A stretch of DNA of 64,000 nucleotides from Escherichia virus TH54: sequence record MT446420.1; one strand, given 5' to 3'. The first letter of the stretch is position 1. Each line of letters opens with the position of its first letter. A program made the position numbers and the translations under genes. The notes beneath the pieces were generated by a model, which saw only the letters and a list, made by a program, of their open reading frames with translations, did no database searches and was not told the DNA's origin. Below, in pieces: positions 1-11,550 of the stretch.

Positions 1-1183
<1,183 letters not shown>

Positions 1184-1187
<4 letters not shown>

Positions 1188-1525
1188 TTTAATTCCTTAA
1201 CTGTCTTTTTAATGGCAGTAAAATCTTTACGAATATCGAGAACCAATTTGTAAAGATGTTTAATTGTATCTGTATCAAAATATGATACAGCGCAACGTGA
1301 TTGGCGAATATCTTCTAATGAATATTTGCTTTCACTTGTACCATATCCAATGATACCACTAATGCACTTGTCATTAAGCGTATATTTCTGTGGACCATCA
1401 ATATTATTTTTAGGATAGATGTAAAGGCTCCAATCAAATTTTTGTTCAAGCGTATTAACCTTAACTTCAAGAATCAGTTCAGGATGTGCATCATCTTTAG
1501 CAAAACAAGTGTATTCAGTAAGCAT
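1184..1525 (-). CDS. hypothetical protein
   Basis: 113-aa ORF, ATG with GAGGA SD; ATGA overlap with downstream ORF. Confidence 0.5.
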
Positions 1526-1716
1526 TATATTTTCCTCAAATATTTTTTAACCATGTAATATTGAAATTCAAACATTCTGGAATCAATTACCCAAATCTGA
1601 CGTCTAGAACACTCATTCAAACGCACCGCAGAACATCCAGAGGAAAGGAATGAATACTGTTCCTTTTCTGTATCAGAAAGGCATGTTCTTAAAAAGCGGA
1701 AAAATAAATCATGCAT
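1525..1716 (-). CDS. hypothetical small protein
   Basis: 63-aa reading frame from ATG 1716 (C-terminal part of track ORF 1525..1944); AAGG SD; fills gap between neighbours. Confidence 0.3.
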   Translation of the reverse strand: MHDLFFRFLRTCLSDTEKEQYSFLSSGCSAVRLNECSRRQIWVIDSRMFEFQYYMVKKYLRKI

Positions 1717-1957
1717 TTTTATTTGCCTTAGCAACTTTCCAGTCAGCTTTAAATTGGTCAACGTCAGAGTGATGAATCCAGAAACCAGATGAGCTGCCAT
1801 CTTCATAAAGAGGACAACCATCGCACTCATCTTTCCAACCCATCGCGCATAAAGTTTCTTCGGCTTTTTCCAGAGCTTCTGGATTGTTACCCTGGATTGT
1901 AAAGTACCATTTGCCTTTAACTTCTGAATCTTTGATGCTCTCACGTTGTAATTTCAT
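1709..1957 (-). CDS. hypothetical protein
   Basis: 82-aa ORF, GGAG SD, downstream of an early promoter cassette. Confidence 0.5.
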   Translation of the reverse strand: MKLQRESIKDSEVKGKWYFTIQGNNPEALEKAEETLCAMGWKDECDGCPLYEDGSSSGFWIHHSDVDQFKADWKVAKANKNA

Positions 1958-1994
1958 TTTATTCTCCAGTTATTTGGTAACTCAGTATGGGACC

Positions 1995-2024
1995 ATTATG
2001 TCATAGCCCCATTTGATTGTACAC
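1995..2024 (-). promoter_or_regulatory. early promoter cassette (AAAAAGTAGTGTACA ... CATAAT)
   Basis: Minus-strand A-tract, GTGTAC -35-like box, ~18-nt spacer, CATAAT, conserved leader. Confidence 0.5.
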
Positions 2025-2030
2025 TACTTT

Positions 2031-2402
2031 TTACTGAATATCAAAAGTTGCTTTAATCAGTGCAATGACTTCCGCCGCATTTTTATGATTTACCTGCACA
2101 TAAATGGTTTGGGTATCAACAGCAGGAGCATCGCCATCAACTTCCAGGAAGTGGCAGAATTCCCATTCACCAAGTTCAAAGTACTCATCATCATCACCCA
2201 TACTATTCAGGATGGTGCCATCTTTCATTTTAACTTTTTCAACAAAATAATCACCTTCAATATAACACATATCCAGGACTTTGAAGGAATTGCCATGTTG
2301 TTCCATCAACTTGGCTATGCACGAATTATCATCAGGACTACCAGCGATGAATTGTTTTTTAGCAGCAGGGTCTAATACGTAAAATTTACCAGTTTCCATC
2401 AT
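2031..2402 (-). CDS. hypothetical protein, paralog of 2749..3111
   Basis: 123 aa; shares GDD(D)EYFEL.E.EF and C-terminal ..I.LI/LQKAF motifs with 2749..3111. Confidence 0.5.
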   Translation of the reverse strand: MMETGKFYVLDPAAKKQFIAGSPDDNSCIAKLMEQHGNSFKVLDMCYIEGDYFVEKVKMKDGTILNSMGDDDEYFELGEWEFCHFLEVDGDAPAVDTQTIYVQVNHKNAAEVIALIKATFDIQ

Positions 2403-2458
2403 TTTAATTTCCTCATTTCAGTTGGGAACATATTAGCATTTTCCCGTTGGTTTGTATA

Positions 2459-2686
2459 CTAAGCTTCAATCAAATTCATATAAAATTCAGCGTCTTCCGG
2501 GTGCATCCCTTCGCAATATTCATTTTGCATAAAGCGGGTAAGGTCTTCAAGAGGACCTTGAACTTCAATTTGAATACTAAAGAATTGGGTATCTTTAATG
2601 TAAGTCATACACAAAGAAGGATACCGATTACGAATAACTTCGTAAGTGTATTCAAAATCAACGATATCAATATTAACTTTAGCCAT
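2459..2686 (-). CDS. hypothetical protein
   Basis: 75-aa ORF between the two paralogs. Confidence 0.4.
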   Translation of the reverse strand: MAKVNIDIVDFEYTYEVIRNRYPSLCMTYIKDTQFFSIQIEVQGPLEDLTRFMQNEYCEGMHPEDAEFYMNLIEA

Positions 2687-2748
2687 TTTATTTTCCTCAT
2701 GTAGTTGATAGGTCTATAATAACATAATCATAGACCCGTTGTAAACTG

Positions 2749-3111
2749 CTATTTGAAAGCTTTTTGTAGAAGTTCAATGATTTGGTCGACGTTATTAGCA
2801 TCCACAACACAATTAATAGAAACCGCCCCCGAAGGTGTTTTTGCATAATTGGAGTATTCACGGAAGCAATAAAACTCTTCTTCACTAAGTTCAAAATAAT
2901 CATCACCCATGCCATCATCATTATAGATTGCACCATTAGCACAAATGATTTCGGTTACATAATCATAGCCGTCTGCACTTGATATTGATTTAACTTCAAA
3001 CCAACCGCCATTTTCTTGGATGATGTCGACCATACTAGCATTCGATGAACTAATATCAATGAAAGATTTAATACGATGTGGATTGAACTCATATTTTTTG
3101 CCGATTTCCAT
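2749..3111 (-). CDS. hypothetical protein, paralog of 2031..2402
   Basis: 120 aa; ATG at 3111 confirmed; promoter/leader cassette upstream. Confidence 0.5.
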   Translation of the reverse strand: MEIGKKYEFNPHRIKSFIDISSSNASMVDIIQENGGWFEVKSISSADGYDYVTEIICANGAIYNDDGMGDDYFELSEEEFYCFREYSNYAKTPSGAVSINCVVDANNVDQIIELLQKAFK

Positions 3112-3149
3112 TTTTATTTCCTCAGTTGTTATCAGTAGTTGATGGAATC

Positions 3150-3179
3150 ATTATGCCTTAGCTCAAAGGACTTGTACAC
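3150..3179 (-). promoter_or_regulatory. early promoter cassette after the gene 32 terminator
   Basis: Minus-strand AAAAAGTAGTGTACAAGTCCTTTGAGCTAAGGCATAAT then leader CATCAACTACTGA. Confidence 0.5.
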
Positions 3180-3193
3180 TACTTTTTGAAAAT

Positions 3194-3215
3194 AAAAAAG
3201 GGACCCGAAGGTCCC
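3194..3215 (-). terminator. intrinsic terminator after gene 32
   Basis: Minus-strand GGGACC-TTCG-GGTCCC then T-run. Confidence 0.6.
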
Positions 3216-3220
3216 CTATA

Positions 3221-4132
3221 TTAAAGGCCAGCCAGCAGGTCGTCGAGACCATCATCGGAAGGCTCTGGAGTGCTTGGAGCAGTCGCAGTGCGTTCAGACT
3301 TAGCAGGTTTGCTGGAAGCGAAATCTTCCATATCTTTATCAAAATCGTCCAGGTCAGCGCCCAGTTTATCAGCTTGTGCAGCAGCTTTAGAAGCAGCACC
3401 GCCGAGAGCAGCTGTACCCATTACTTTAGAGAATTTCTTCTGATTCTCTTCAAGGGATTTAAATACCAGCAATTCATTCAGGTCAGACATTTCGTCCCAA
3501 AGTTTTTTCTGGAATGCTTCATCATTGATACCAGCGATTTCAGACTGGTTCATGAATTTGGAATCATCGTAGTTTTTATAACCGGAAACCAGTTTAGATT
3601 TCAGTACAAAGTTTGCACCTTCAAAAGGACAAGTTACATCAATAGCTGTTTCGCCCATATCAACATCGACTTCAACCATCTGGTTGATTTTGTCCATGAT
3701 TTTCTTGCCGAAGCGATATTTGAATACTTGACCTTCGTTAGACGGAACAGCAGGGTCTTTAATGACCAGGATGTTAGCCCAGTAAGAAGTATTACGCTTC
3801 AGTTTACGATATTCGGATTCGTTTGTGTTGTACAGGTCATTCTTATTCATGTACGCACACACAGGGCAGTTTTCATAATCGCCGTGGGTAGAAGTACAGT
3901 TTTCAATATACCATTGACCGCCATTTTTAAAGCCGTGGTTAACGAGCTTGATGAACGGAGATGGATTTTCTTCATTCTTGGAAGGCAGGAAACGAATAAC
4001 CGCAGAACCGACGCCATCAGTATCTTTCAGTTTCCATTCTTTTTTATCGTCAGAAGAGAAACCAGAACCACCTTTCAGAGCGTTAAGGGAAGCAGCCAGG
4101 TCAGCAGGGTTTTTACGTTTAAACATAGACAT
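3221..4132 (-). CDS. 32: single-stranded DNA-binding protein gp32
   Basis: MFKRK...AVIRFLPSK...[13 protein letters not shown]...YWANILV...[11 protein letters not shown]...DDLLAGL collinear with T4 gp32. Confidence 0.95.
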   Translation of the reverse strand: MSMFKRKNPADLAASLNALKGGSGFSSDDKKEWKLKDTDGVGSAVIRFLPSKNEENPSPFIKLVNHGFKNGGQWYIENCTSTHGDYENCPVCAYMNKNDLYNTNESEYRKLKRNTSYWANILVIKDPAVPSNEGQVFKYRFGKKIMDKINQMVEVDVDMGETAIDVTCPFEGANFVLKSKLVSGYKNYDDSKFMNQSEIAGINDEAFQKKLWDEMSDLNELLVFKSLEENQKKFSKVMGTAALGGAASKAAAQADKLGADLDDFDKDMEDFASSKPAKSERTATAPSTPEPSDDGLDDLLAGL

Positions 4133-4192
4133 ATGATTTTCCTTAGATTATTTGATTTTTAGCAGTTGTTTTGATTACGTATTAATTATACT

Positions 4193-4861
4193 TCAAAGTG
4201 CTTGAAGCGTTATTTGACAGTTTTTAACGGTCTCGATGAACAATTTACGAGCTTCAAGAGAATCGATATTTAAGATTTTCTTATAGGCATTTAGTTTGGT
4301 TGAATACTTTTCCCAAACCAAGTCGTTAGTCTGTTCATCATGTTTATTTATAATATCTAAAAATGAATCAAGCAAACAAAACGTTTCAAATGAGATAACA
4401 TTCGATTGGAGAAGTTTGAAAATATAACTTGTGTTTACTTTAGTATTATACTCGAAAATCTCTTGAAGCGATTTGACTTCGACTTTCTTACTGAAGTAAT
4501 AGATATTCTTTATATCATCTTCGTATACTTGTTTAATTCTTTTAAGTCTGCCAATGTATTCACGATAAAATATCAGAGCATCGGCATCGCTTATATCACC
4601 TATCCATGCATCCTGGTTCGCGACCAGGTTTGACATGAATATTAACGTTAATTCTTTGAGAGTGTACTTATCGCTAAGCTTTTCGAAAAAATACTTATCG
4701 CGACGTTTTTGATAAGCACTATCGGAGATTCGCATGGTCCAGTTATATTTGATAATATCATAACGACCCGAAAAATGCTGTTTGATGGATAAGTACAGTT
4801 GGTATACTGATTTACCATTTATATATCGGTTGTTATTTGGAGGCATGCGAATCGTAATCAT
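4193..4861 (-). CDS. 59: helicase loader gp59
   Basis: MITIRMPPNNNRYINGKSVYQLYL...YFFEKLS...NLVANQDAWIGDISDADALIFYREYIGRLK matches T4 gp59. Confidence 0.95.
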   Translation of the reverse strand: MITIRMPPNNNRYINGKSVYQLYLSIKQHFSGRYDIIKYNWTMRISDSAYQKRRDKYFFEKLSDKYTLKELTLIFMSNLVANQDAWIGDISDADALIFYREYIGRLKRIKQVYEDDIKNIYYFSKKVEVKSLQEIFEYNTKVNTSYIFKLLQSNVISFETFCLLDSFLDIINKHDEQTNDLVWEKYSTKLNAYKKILNIDSLEARKLFIETVKNCQITLQAL

Positions 4862-5151
4862 AACAAAAAGTCCAGCGTATTAGTTTTCTGTGTACGAGAC
4901 ATACTCGGACGAAGCAGGTTATCATCATAGGCTTCGTTCATAATCTTATCAATGATTCCCGCAGGAATGTATCGCGCAAAATTACCTTCAGGAATTCCAC
5001 GTTCTTCCAACCAGGCAGTCGCAGCTTCCAGATAAGACATTTCAGTTGACTCAACCATGGCTTCAATATCAAGCCCGTTTTGCTGCTTACTAATCGCCCC
5101 GGAAGGCGATTCAGTTTTCTGTGTATCGAAATTAACTAAAGAGGACATCAT
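4858..5151 (-). CDS. 33: late transcription co-activator gp33
   Basis: C-terminal LEAATAWLEE...ARYIPAGIIDK...LLRPSMSRTQ resembles T4 gp33; start set to ATG 5151 (GGAG SD); track ORF 4858..5244 extends further. Confidence 0.7.
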   Translation of the reverse strand: MMSSLVNFDTQKTESPSGAISKQQNGLDIEAMVESTEMSYLEAATAWLEERGIPEGNFARYIPAGIIDKIMNEAYDDNLLRPSMSRTQKTNTLDFLL

Positions 5152-5401
5152 AGAGCTCCACAGCTTCGGTTTTTTCATCTTCAAAACGTTCACGAGTGCC
5201 TTTATGATACAGGCCGAGCTGTGTATTGAACATCTTACCGTCAACGCCTAATTCAGTTTTTGCCTTATCTTTAAGGTCTTTAATTTCGTCTGCATATGCT
5301 TCCATTTTTAATTTGGTATCGGAAGCAGCTTTAATCAGCTTGGCCAGTTCAGCGCCATGAGTATCAGGACAAAATTCAACTTTCACTTTTTTCTCTTTCA
5401 T
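5132..5401 (-). CDS. dsbA: dsDNA-binding protein DsbA
   Basis: 89 aa; ELGVDGKMFN..L.LYHK...ELYD matches T4 DsbA. Confidence 0.85.
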   Translation of the reverse strand: MKEKKVKVEFCPDTHGAELAKLIKAASDTKLKMEAYADEIKDLKDKAKTELGVDGKMFNTQLGLYHKGTRERFEDEKTEAVELYDVLFS

Positions 5402-5409
5402 AATATACC

Positions 5410-6354
5410 TTAATAAAATTCAGCAATATTTGCAGTTAGTTTAGACAGACCAGACTTAACAAAGTAAGGATAAACTTTACTTTTGGCTGGGATAACGTAA
5501 TTATTATATCGTTCTAAGATTGAAGCGGATATTTCCGTTGGAATAAAGTCCATATCAATCAACAATTGGTTTTCACAGAATCTATTATATTGCTCTTCTG
5601 TTAAAAGCGTTTTCAAAACGTCATGGTCGTAATAGTTGAGTGCAATTTGTTCAAGCTCACCTGCGCGGGTCGGCGGAGTACGTTCACCTTCTTCATGAGT
5701 GTAATAAAAATCACCGCGAACTTTGATGCTCGACACGTTATCTTTTTTGTCGCCTTTGACAACCTTGGTCACGCAATCCATAAGAGCATCACCTGATTTA
5801 GTTTTGACATATTTTTTCTGCATCGGTGACCATTGTTTCACCCCAGGGAATTTATGCAGCTGGGTAAAGTCACCATCCGAAGAAACAATCATAACCGGAT
5901 GCCCGAGACTGGTGAGCAACTTCGTTAATACTGCAATATGGTCGTCGGCCTCAATTTTATCCATATTCATCACGATGTAAGGCATGTGTTTTTCCATTTC
6001 ATCAATGATGATGTGCATGGCAGCATGTAGGCCTTCCCAATCAAATTGTGACTCTTCACGGGCTTTTGCACGGTTTTTCTTATAATAATAAGATTTCGTG
6101 CGGCGCCAATAACCATTTTTCGAATTATCAACACAAATAATTGGGACTGTATAACCAAGCTTTTTAAACTGTACAATGTTTTTTCTGATAGAGTTCAGAA
6201 CCAGATGTCTGGTCATTGCGGTTGTCACCTTAGGGAAGCCTGCGTCTTTACCGAATTCCTGGAAGGCTGCTGCCATGATAAGCTGGCTAAAATCGAGTAA
6301 GAGAAAACCATCTTTTTGACGGTCTTCTTCAGGGAGTAAAAAATCTAAATTCAT
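5410..6354 (-). CDS. rnh: RNase H / flap endonuclease
   Basis: GYWRR..YYYKKNR.KAREES.WDWEG...YEADDHIAVL...SSDGDFTQLHK..VKQWSPM matches T4 RNase H. Confidence 0.9.
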   Translation of the reverse strand: MNLDFLLPEEDRQKDGFLLLDFSQLIMAAAFQEFGKDAGFPKVTTAMTRHLVLNSIRKNIVQFKKLGYTVPIICVDNSKNGYWRRTKSYYYKKNRAKAREESQFDWEGLHAAMHIIIDEMEKHMPYIVMNMDKIEADDHIAVLTKLLTSLGHPVMIVSSDGDFTQLHKFPGVKQWSPMQKKYVKTKSGDALMDCVTKVVKGDKKDNVSSIKVRGDFYYTHEEGERTPPTRAGELEQIALNYYDHDVLKTLLTEEQYNRFCENQLLIDMDFIPTEISASILERYNNYVIPAKSKVYPYFVKSGLSKLTANIAEFY

Positions 6355-6382
6355 ATGAACCTCTGTTCAATTAGTTGACTCG

Positions 6383-6413
6383 ATTATATTAGCATAAAAT
6401 TTTTAAAGCAATA
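6383..6413 (-). promoter_or_regulatory. candidate MotA-dependent middle promoter for rnh
   Basis: Minus-strand TTGCTTTA (MotA box) then ~15 nt then TATAAT; diverges from the gene 34 late promoter. Confidence 0.4.
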
Positions 6414-6419
6414 TAAATA
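6412..6419 (+). promoter_or_regulatory. T4-type late promoter TATAAATA for gene 34
   Basis: Exact TATAAATA about 30 nt upstream of gp34 ATG. Confidence 0.6.
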
Positions 6420-6449
6420 CACGTATACCAATCAATAAGGATAAAGCAC

Positions 6450-9400
6450 ATGGCCGATATTTTAAAACCAGCATTCAGAGCAACATCCGGTCTCGATGCT
6501 GCTGGTGAGAAAGTCATTAATGTCGCGAAAGCTGATTTCTCAGTTTTGTCAGACGGCGTAAACGTAGACTTCTTTATAGAAGAAAACACAATTCAACAAT
6601 ATGATGCAACACGCGGATATAAGAAAGATTTTGCAGTTATCTATGATAACCGTATTTGGGTTTCCCAACGTGAAATCGCAGAACCAGCTGGCCCGTTTGT
6701 TCAGCAATATTGGACCGCAACCCGTACTGACCCGAAATGGGAAACTGTTGCATCACCAACTCGTCAGCTTCGCTCCGGTGAATTTATCGCCGTCGACTCA
6801 GCTGCAAGCTTTACCACATTTACATTGCCTCCGAACCCGACTGATGGTGATACCATCGTTATTAAAGATATCGGCGGTAATACCGGTTATAATGAAATTA
6901 AAGTTCAATCGAGTAATGTGCCTGGTCAAGGTAACCAAAAGATTGTCCGTTTCGGTAACCAATTTACTGAAGTATTAATCAGTAAGCCGTTCTCTTATAA
7001 TATGCTTATTTTCTCCAACCGCTTATGGCAGTTCTGGGAAGCAGGTAACGAAGAACGCGGAATAAGAATTGAACCAAGCTCTGGTAAATATCGAACTCAA
7101 GCATCAGATTTTATTATGCGTCATTATACGACTGCAGAAAAAATTACATTTGTTCTTCCTAAGTATGCTAACCAAGGCGATATTGTCAAATCAGTGGATA
7201 TAGATGGATTAGGGCCATTATACCACCTGGATGTTGAAACGTTTGACGAGTCAAGCTCTCTGGGTAAACAGGGCCAGCACAGTATGGAATTCCGTACTAC
7301 TGGTGATGGTTTCTTCGTTTATAATGCCACCGAAAAGCTGTGGGTACCCTGGGACGGTGATAATAAAACTCGCTTGCGCGTAATTCGTGACAGTGTGAAA
7401 TTGCTGCCAAATGAAAGTATCATCGTGTTTGGTAATGATAACAGCACTTCACAGACAATTAACATCGACCTTCCGACGGGTGTTCGTTCTGGGGACGTAG
7501 TTAAGATTGCTCTGAACTATCTTCGCAAGGCACAGACTGTTAATATTAAAGCTTCGGCTACTGATAAAATCGCATCTTCTGTTCAGCTGCTTCAGTTCCC
7601 GAAACGTTCGGAATACCCACCGGATACTGAATGGGTGCTGGTTGACTCTTTGACTTTCAACGGTAACATAAGTTATACTCCGGTTATCGAATTAAGTTAT
7701 CTTGAAGATACAGTTAATAACGTTAACTACTGGGTTGTTGCTCAGAACGTTCCGACTGTTGAACGTGTTGACTCGAAAGATGATTTGACTCGTGCTCGTT
7801 TAGGTGTTATTGCACTGGCTAACCAGGCTCAGGCCAACGTTGACCATGAAAATAACCCTGAAAAAGAATTAGCGATTACCCCACAGACTTTAGCTAACCG
7901 TGTGGCCACTGAATCACGTCGTGGTATTGCGCGAATTGCTAACACCGCCCAGGTGAATCAGGATACGACTTTTGCTTTCCAGGACGACATCATCGTCTCT
8001 CCGAAAAAGTTAAACGAACGTACAGCCACAGAAACAAGACGTGGGCTTGCAGAAATCGCCACACAGCAAGAAACTGATGCAGGCACAGATGATACTACCA
8101 TCATCACTCCGCGTAAGCTACAAGCTCGTCAGGGCTCAGAAAGCCTATCTGGTATCGTTAAGTATGTTTCTACTACCGGGACTACTCCAGCGGCAAGCCG
8201 TATAACTGTTGGTACCAACGTTTATAACAAAAATACAACTACTTTGGTAATTTCTCCTAAAGCTTTGGACCAATATAAAGCTGACCAAAACAACCAAGGC
8301 GCTGTATATCTGGCCACACAGGCAGAAGTTAATGCGGGGGCAACAAATACAGGATTCAGTAACTCGGTCGTGACTCCGGAAACATTAGGTGCACGTAGGG
8401 CAACAGATGCAAACCATGGTTTAATCGAGATTGCAACTCAAGCAGAAGTTAATACAGGAACTGATTATACCAGAGCTGTAACTCCTAAAACGTTAAATGA
8501 CCGTAAAGCAACAGAATCATTATCCGGCATAGCCGAGATTGCTACGCAATCAGAATTTGATACTGGTACAGATGATACTCGTATCGCAACGCCATTAAAA
8601 ATTAAAACTAGACTGAATGATACTGCTCGTACTTCTGTTATTGCAGCAAGTGGTTTAGTAGAAACAGGGACGCTCTGGGACCATTATACGCTGAATATTC
8701 TTGAAGCAAATGAGACTCAACGTGGCACTGCAAGACTGGCTACTCAACTTGAAGTTAATACCGGTACTGACGATAAAACAATCGTTACTCCGCTTAAGTT
8801 GATGTCGAAAAAAGCTACAGAAGGCACCGAAGGTATTGTTCGCATCGCTACTCGCGCAGAAACTATCGCAGGGACAAGTTCAGTTCTGGCTGTTTCTCCT
8901 GTTAGTCTGAAATGGATTGCACAGTCCGAACCAACATGGGCGGCAACCACAACGACACGCGGCTTTGCTAAAATGTCTGAAGGCGCAATTACTTTTGTTG
9001 GTAATGCAACCGCAGGTTCGACCCAGGCTCTTGACCTGTACGAGAAAAATAGTTATGCTATCTCTCCGTATGAGTTAAACAAAACCCTTGGTAATTTCCT
9101 GCCACGTCTGGCTAAAGCAGCAGACTCGGATAAACTGGATAACCTGGATAGCACGCAGTTTATTCGTCGTGATATTGACCAAACTGTTTCTGGTTCATTA
9201 ACCTTACAGAAAAACCTTAGAGTTGAAGGTGATTTTGCTTGTGTTAAAACCGGTGAATTTGGTGGTTCATTGGCTGCTAACTCCACATTTACTCTACGTA
9301 ATACAGGAACTCCGACCCGTATCGTTTTCGAAAAAGGTCCTGCATCAGGTGCAAACCCGGTTCAGTCAATGAGCATCCGTGTATGGGGCAACCAGTATGG

Positions 9401-10349
9401 CGGCGGTTCGGACACGACTCGTTCTACCGTGTTTGAAGTCGGTGATGAAACATCTAATCACTTTTATTCGCAACGGAATAATCTTGGTAATATTACTTTT
9501 AGCATCAACGGTACAGTTCAACCGATTAACGTTAATGCATCCGGAACATTGAATGTTAATGGCACGGCAACATTTGGACGTTCGGTGACAGCACAGGGTG
9601 AATTCATATCTTATAGTTCAAACGCATTTAGAGCAATTAGCGGTAATTACGGATTCTTTATTCGTAACGATAATGCTAATATCTATTTTATGCTAACTAA
9701 TTTGGGTGACCAGACAGGTGGTTTTAATGGATTGCGCCCTATCGCGATAAATAATGCCTCCGGTTTAGTAACTATTGGCGAAGGATTAATTATTGCTAAA
9801 GGAGCTACTATTAACTCCGGTGGTTTAACTGTTAACTCAAGAATTCGTTCTCAAGGTACTAAACCTGCTGACCTTTATTCTAGAAAACCTGATGCAGATA
9901 ATACAGGCTTCTGGTCTGTTGAAGTTAATGATTCAGCTACCTATAATCAGTTCCCTGGTTATTTCAAAATGGTTGAAAAAACCAACGAAGTAACTGGTCT
10001 GCCTTATTTGGAGCGCGGTGAAGAAGTTAAATCACCGGGTACATTGACTCAGTTTGGTAACACGCTGAATTCACTTTATCAAGATTGGATTACATATCCG
10101 AATACTGCTAATGCCAGCACGACCCGCTGGACCCGTACATGGCAGCAGAACAAAAACGCATGGTCTGGTTTTGTTCAGGTCTTTGATGGTGGTAACCCGC
10201 CGCAGCCGTCGGATATTGGTGCATTGCCCGCTGATAACGCTTCGATGAGTAACCTGACTATCAGGGATTGGTTAAGAATCGGTAACGTACGTATTGTTCC
10301 GGACCCAGTAACCAAATCCGTTAAATTCGAATGGATTGATACACCATAA
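6450..10349 (+). CDS. 34: long tail fibre proximal subunit gp34
   Basis: 1299-aa plus-strand ORF after a TATAAATA late promoter; internal ATQAEVN.GTD...TPK.L repeats; size and position as T4 gp34. Confidence 0.9.
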   Translation: MADILKPAFRATSGLDAAGEKVINVAKADFSVLSDGVNVDFFIEENTIQQYDATRGYKKDFAVIYDNRIWVSQREIAEPAGPFVQQYWTATRTDPKWETVASPTRQLRSGEFIAVDSAASFTTFTLPPNPTDGDTIVIKDIGGNTGYNEIKVQSSNVPGQGNQKIVRFGNQFTEVLISKPFSYNMLIFSNRLWQFWEAGNEERGIRIEPSSGKYRTQASDFIMRHYTTAEKITFVLPKYANQGDIVKSVDIDGLGPLYHLDVETFDESSSLGKQGQHSMEFRTTGDGFFVYNATEKLWVPWDGDNKTRLRVIRDSVKLLPNESIIVFGNDNSTSQTINIDLPTGVRSGDVVKIALNYLRKAQTVNIKASATDKIASSVQLLQFPKRSEYPPDTEWVLVDSLTFNGNISYTPVIELSYLEDTVNNVNYWVVAQNVPTVERVDSKDDLTRARLGVIALANQAQANVDHENNPEKELAITPQTLANRVATESRRGIARIANTAQVNQDTTFAFQDDIIVSPKKLNERTATETRRGLAEIATQQETDAGTDDTTIITPRKLQARQGSESLSGIVKYVSTTGTTPAASRITVGTNVYNKNTTTLVISPKALDQYKADQNNQGAVYLATQAEVNAGATNTGFSNSVVTPETLGARRATDANHGLIEIATQAEVNTGTDYTRAVTPKTLNDRKATESLSGIAEIATQSEFDTGTDDTRIATPLKIKTRLNDTARTSVIAASGLVETGTLWDHYTLNILEANETQRGTARLATQLEVNTGTDDKTIVTPLKLMSKKATEGTEGIVRIATRAETIAGTSSVLAVSPVSLKWIAQSEPTWAATTTTRGFAKMSEGAITFVGNATAGSTQALDLYEKNSYAISPYELNKTLGNFLPRLAKAADSDKLDNLDSTQFIRRDIDQTVSGSLTLQKNLRVEGDFACVKTGEFGGSLAANSTFTLRNTGTPTRIVFEKGPASGANPVQSMSIRVWGNQYGGGSDTTRSTVFEVGDETSNHFYSQRNNLGNITFSINGTVQPINVNASGTLNVNGTATFGRSVTAQGEFISYSSNAFRAISGNYGFFIRNDNANIYFMLTNLGDQTGGFNGLRPIAINNASGLVTIGEGLIIAKGATINSGGLTVNSRIRSQGTKPADLYSRKPDADNTGFWSVEVNDSATYNQFPGYFKMVEKTNEVTGLPYLERGEEVKSPGTLTQFGNTLNSLYQDWITYPNTANASTTRWTRTWQQNKNAWSGFVQVFDGGNPPQPSDIGALPADNASMSNLTIRDWLRIGNVRIVPDPVTKSVKFEWIDTP

Positions 10350-10357
10350 GAGGTATT

Positions 10358-11494
10358 ATGGAAAGATTGATGGCAGAATTTGGACAGGGATATGTCCAAG
10401 TTCCCGTGCTTTCTGAAAATAACGCAGTAAGATATAAATTGTCGATTGCAGGGACTTGTACCAAATCGCCAAACTATCCCTACGTTAAGTTTCAAGATGA
10501 GGCCTTCGGGCCTCAAAACTTCCAGAATGGATTAAACCTTATTGAGATTGACCCTGTAACAAATACAATCACTGCAACTAAAAACTATGGCTTCACAAAA
10601 GACTATGATATTATTTCTCAGGCCTTTGTGACTTATATTAATTCCATCCCGGCGGGTAGGATTGTTTGTTTGATATCACAGGGGAAATTGAATGCTTCCC
10701 AAACTTTAATTGATTGGTTCAGAACACATGGCTCGACTGCATTTCCAGATAAGTGGCTGATTGACCAAGTTGATACTTCGTATTCGGCATTTTATATAAC
10801 TGGTCGAAATGCAATCGTTAAAGAGCATGTGCTGTATAACGATGGGGTAACTGTTGAGGATGTATTGACTCCATTGGAAATGGTGTATGACGACTTCGCT
10901 GATGTGGGTGGCACAGGATTTCCTCTGCGCGTCGTGGAAGACGAAAACACATATTACAGTAATAGTACACAAGAAATAAAACGTTTCCCTACAAACTCTC
11001 CTATCACTCCTGCGGCCGATTATAATATGGCTCCGGGTGATACTTTTTACCTGAAGTTTCAGCTGACATATGACCAGGCACTTAAAGACCTCGGAACAAC
11101 TCAGATGTCTGTTCGATTCTTTAATGGACAGACTATGATTCAGTCAAACGATTATGATATTCCTGCTACGGGTCAAGCAAGCCCTCCGGCTGGTGCATGG
11201 ATGACGTTTGAACGTTACGTTGTTGTTCCACCTGGTGCAGATGGATTTACATTATATGCAAGGAAGACCGTGGCTGCTGGACAAGGTGGAGTAAGGAATA
11301 TTTTCTTTACAGAAATCGCTCGCCAAGAAACACAGGCTAAATCCGCAGAAATCGGTGTTAACGGCATAAGAATGGTTGTTGCTGGAGAACCCGGTAATAT
11401 GGGTAATGTTATTGCTCAATTGAATGATAAAAATGCAACAAGGTCCAGTCAGTCTGGATTTGTATTTGCCGCGGAATTCCGTGAAAAAGAATAA
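10358..11494 (+). CDS. 35: long tail fibre hinge protein gp35
   Basis: 378 aa, position and size as T4 gp35; followed by terminator hairpin. Confidence 0.8.
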   Translation: MERLMAEFGQGYVQVPVLSENNAVRYKLSIAGTCTKSPNYPYVKFQDEAFGPQNFQNGLNLIEIDPVTNTITATKNYGFTKDYDIISQAFVTYINSIPAGRIVCLISQGKLNASQTLIDWFRTHGSTAFPDKWLIDQVDTSYSAFYITGRNAIVKEHVLYNDGVTVEDVLTPLEMVYDDFADVGGTGFPLRVVEDENTYYSNSTQEIKRFPTNSPITPAADYNMAPGDTFYLKFQLTYDQALKDLGTTQMSVRFFNGQTMIQSNDYDIPATGQASPPAGAWMTFERYVVVPPGADGFTLYARKTVAAGQGGVRNIFFTEIARQETQAKSAEIGVNGIRMVVAGEPGNMGNVIAQLNDKNATRSSQSGFVFAAEFREKE

Positions 11495-11514
11495 GGACCT
11501 TCGGGTCCTTTTTT
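11495..11514 (+). terminator. intrinsic terminator after gene 35
   Basis: GGACC-TTCG-GGTCC then TTTTTT. Confidence 0.6.
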
Positions 11515-11517
11515 CGT

Positions 11518-11525
11518 TATAAATA
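11518..11525 (+). promoter_or_regulatory. late promoter TATAAATA for gene 36
   Basis: Exact TATAAATA just after the gp35 terminator. Confidence 0.6.
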
Positions 11526-11550
11526 CTCCTATCTAATAAGGGGAACTAAT

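Noticed and set aside
1525-1944. 139-aa minus-strand track ORF
   Set aside because: N-terminal two-thirds overlaps ORF 1709..1957 in another frame with implausible composition; only the 3' part from ATG 1716 was kept as a low-confidence small gene.
3374-4162. 262-aa plus-strand ORF
   Set aside because: Lies entirely antisense to gene 32 (strong homology on the minus strand); low-complexity hydrophobic translation; shadow ORF.
4133-4192. Gene 32 autoregulatory operator
   Set aside because: The 60-nt leader is A/U-rich and unstructured with an AAGGAAAA SD, consistent with a gp32 operator, but the upstream pseudoknot could not be convincingly folded by eye, so it is not reported as a feature.
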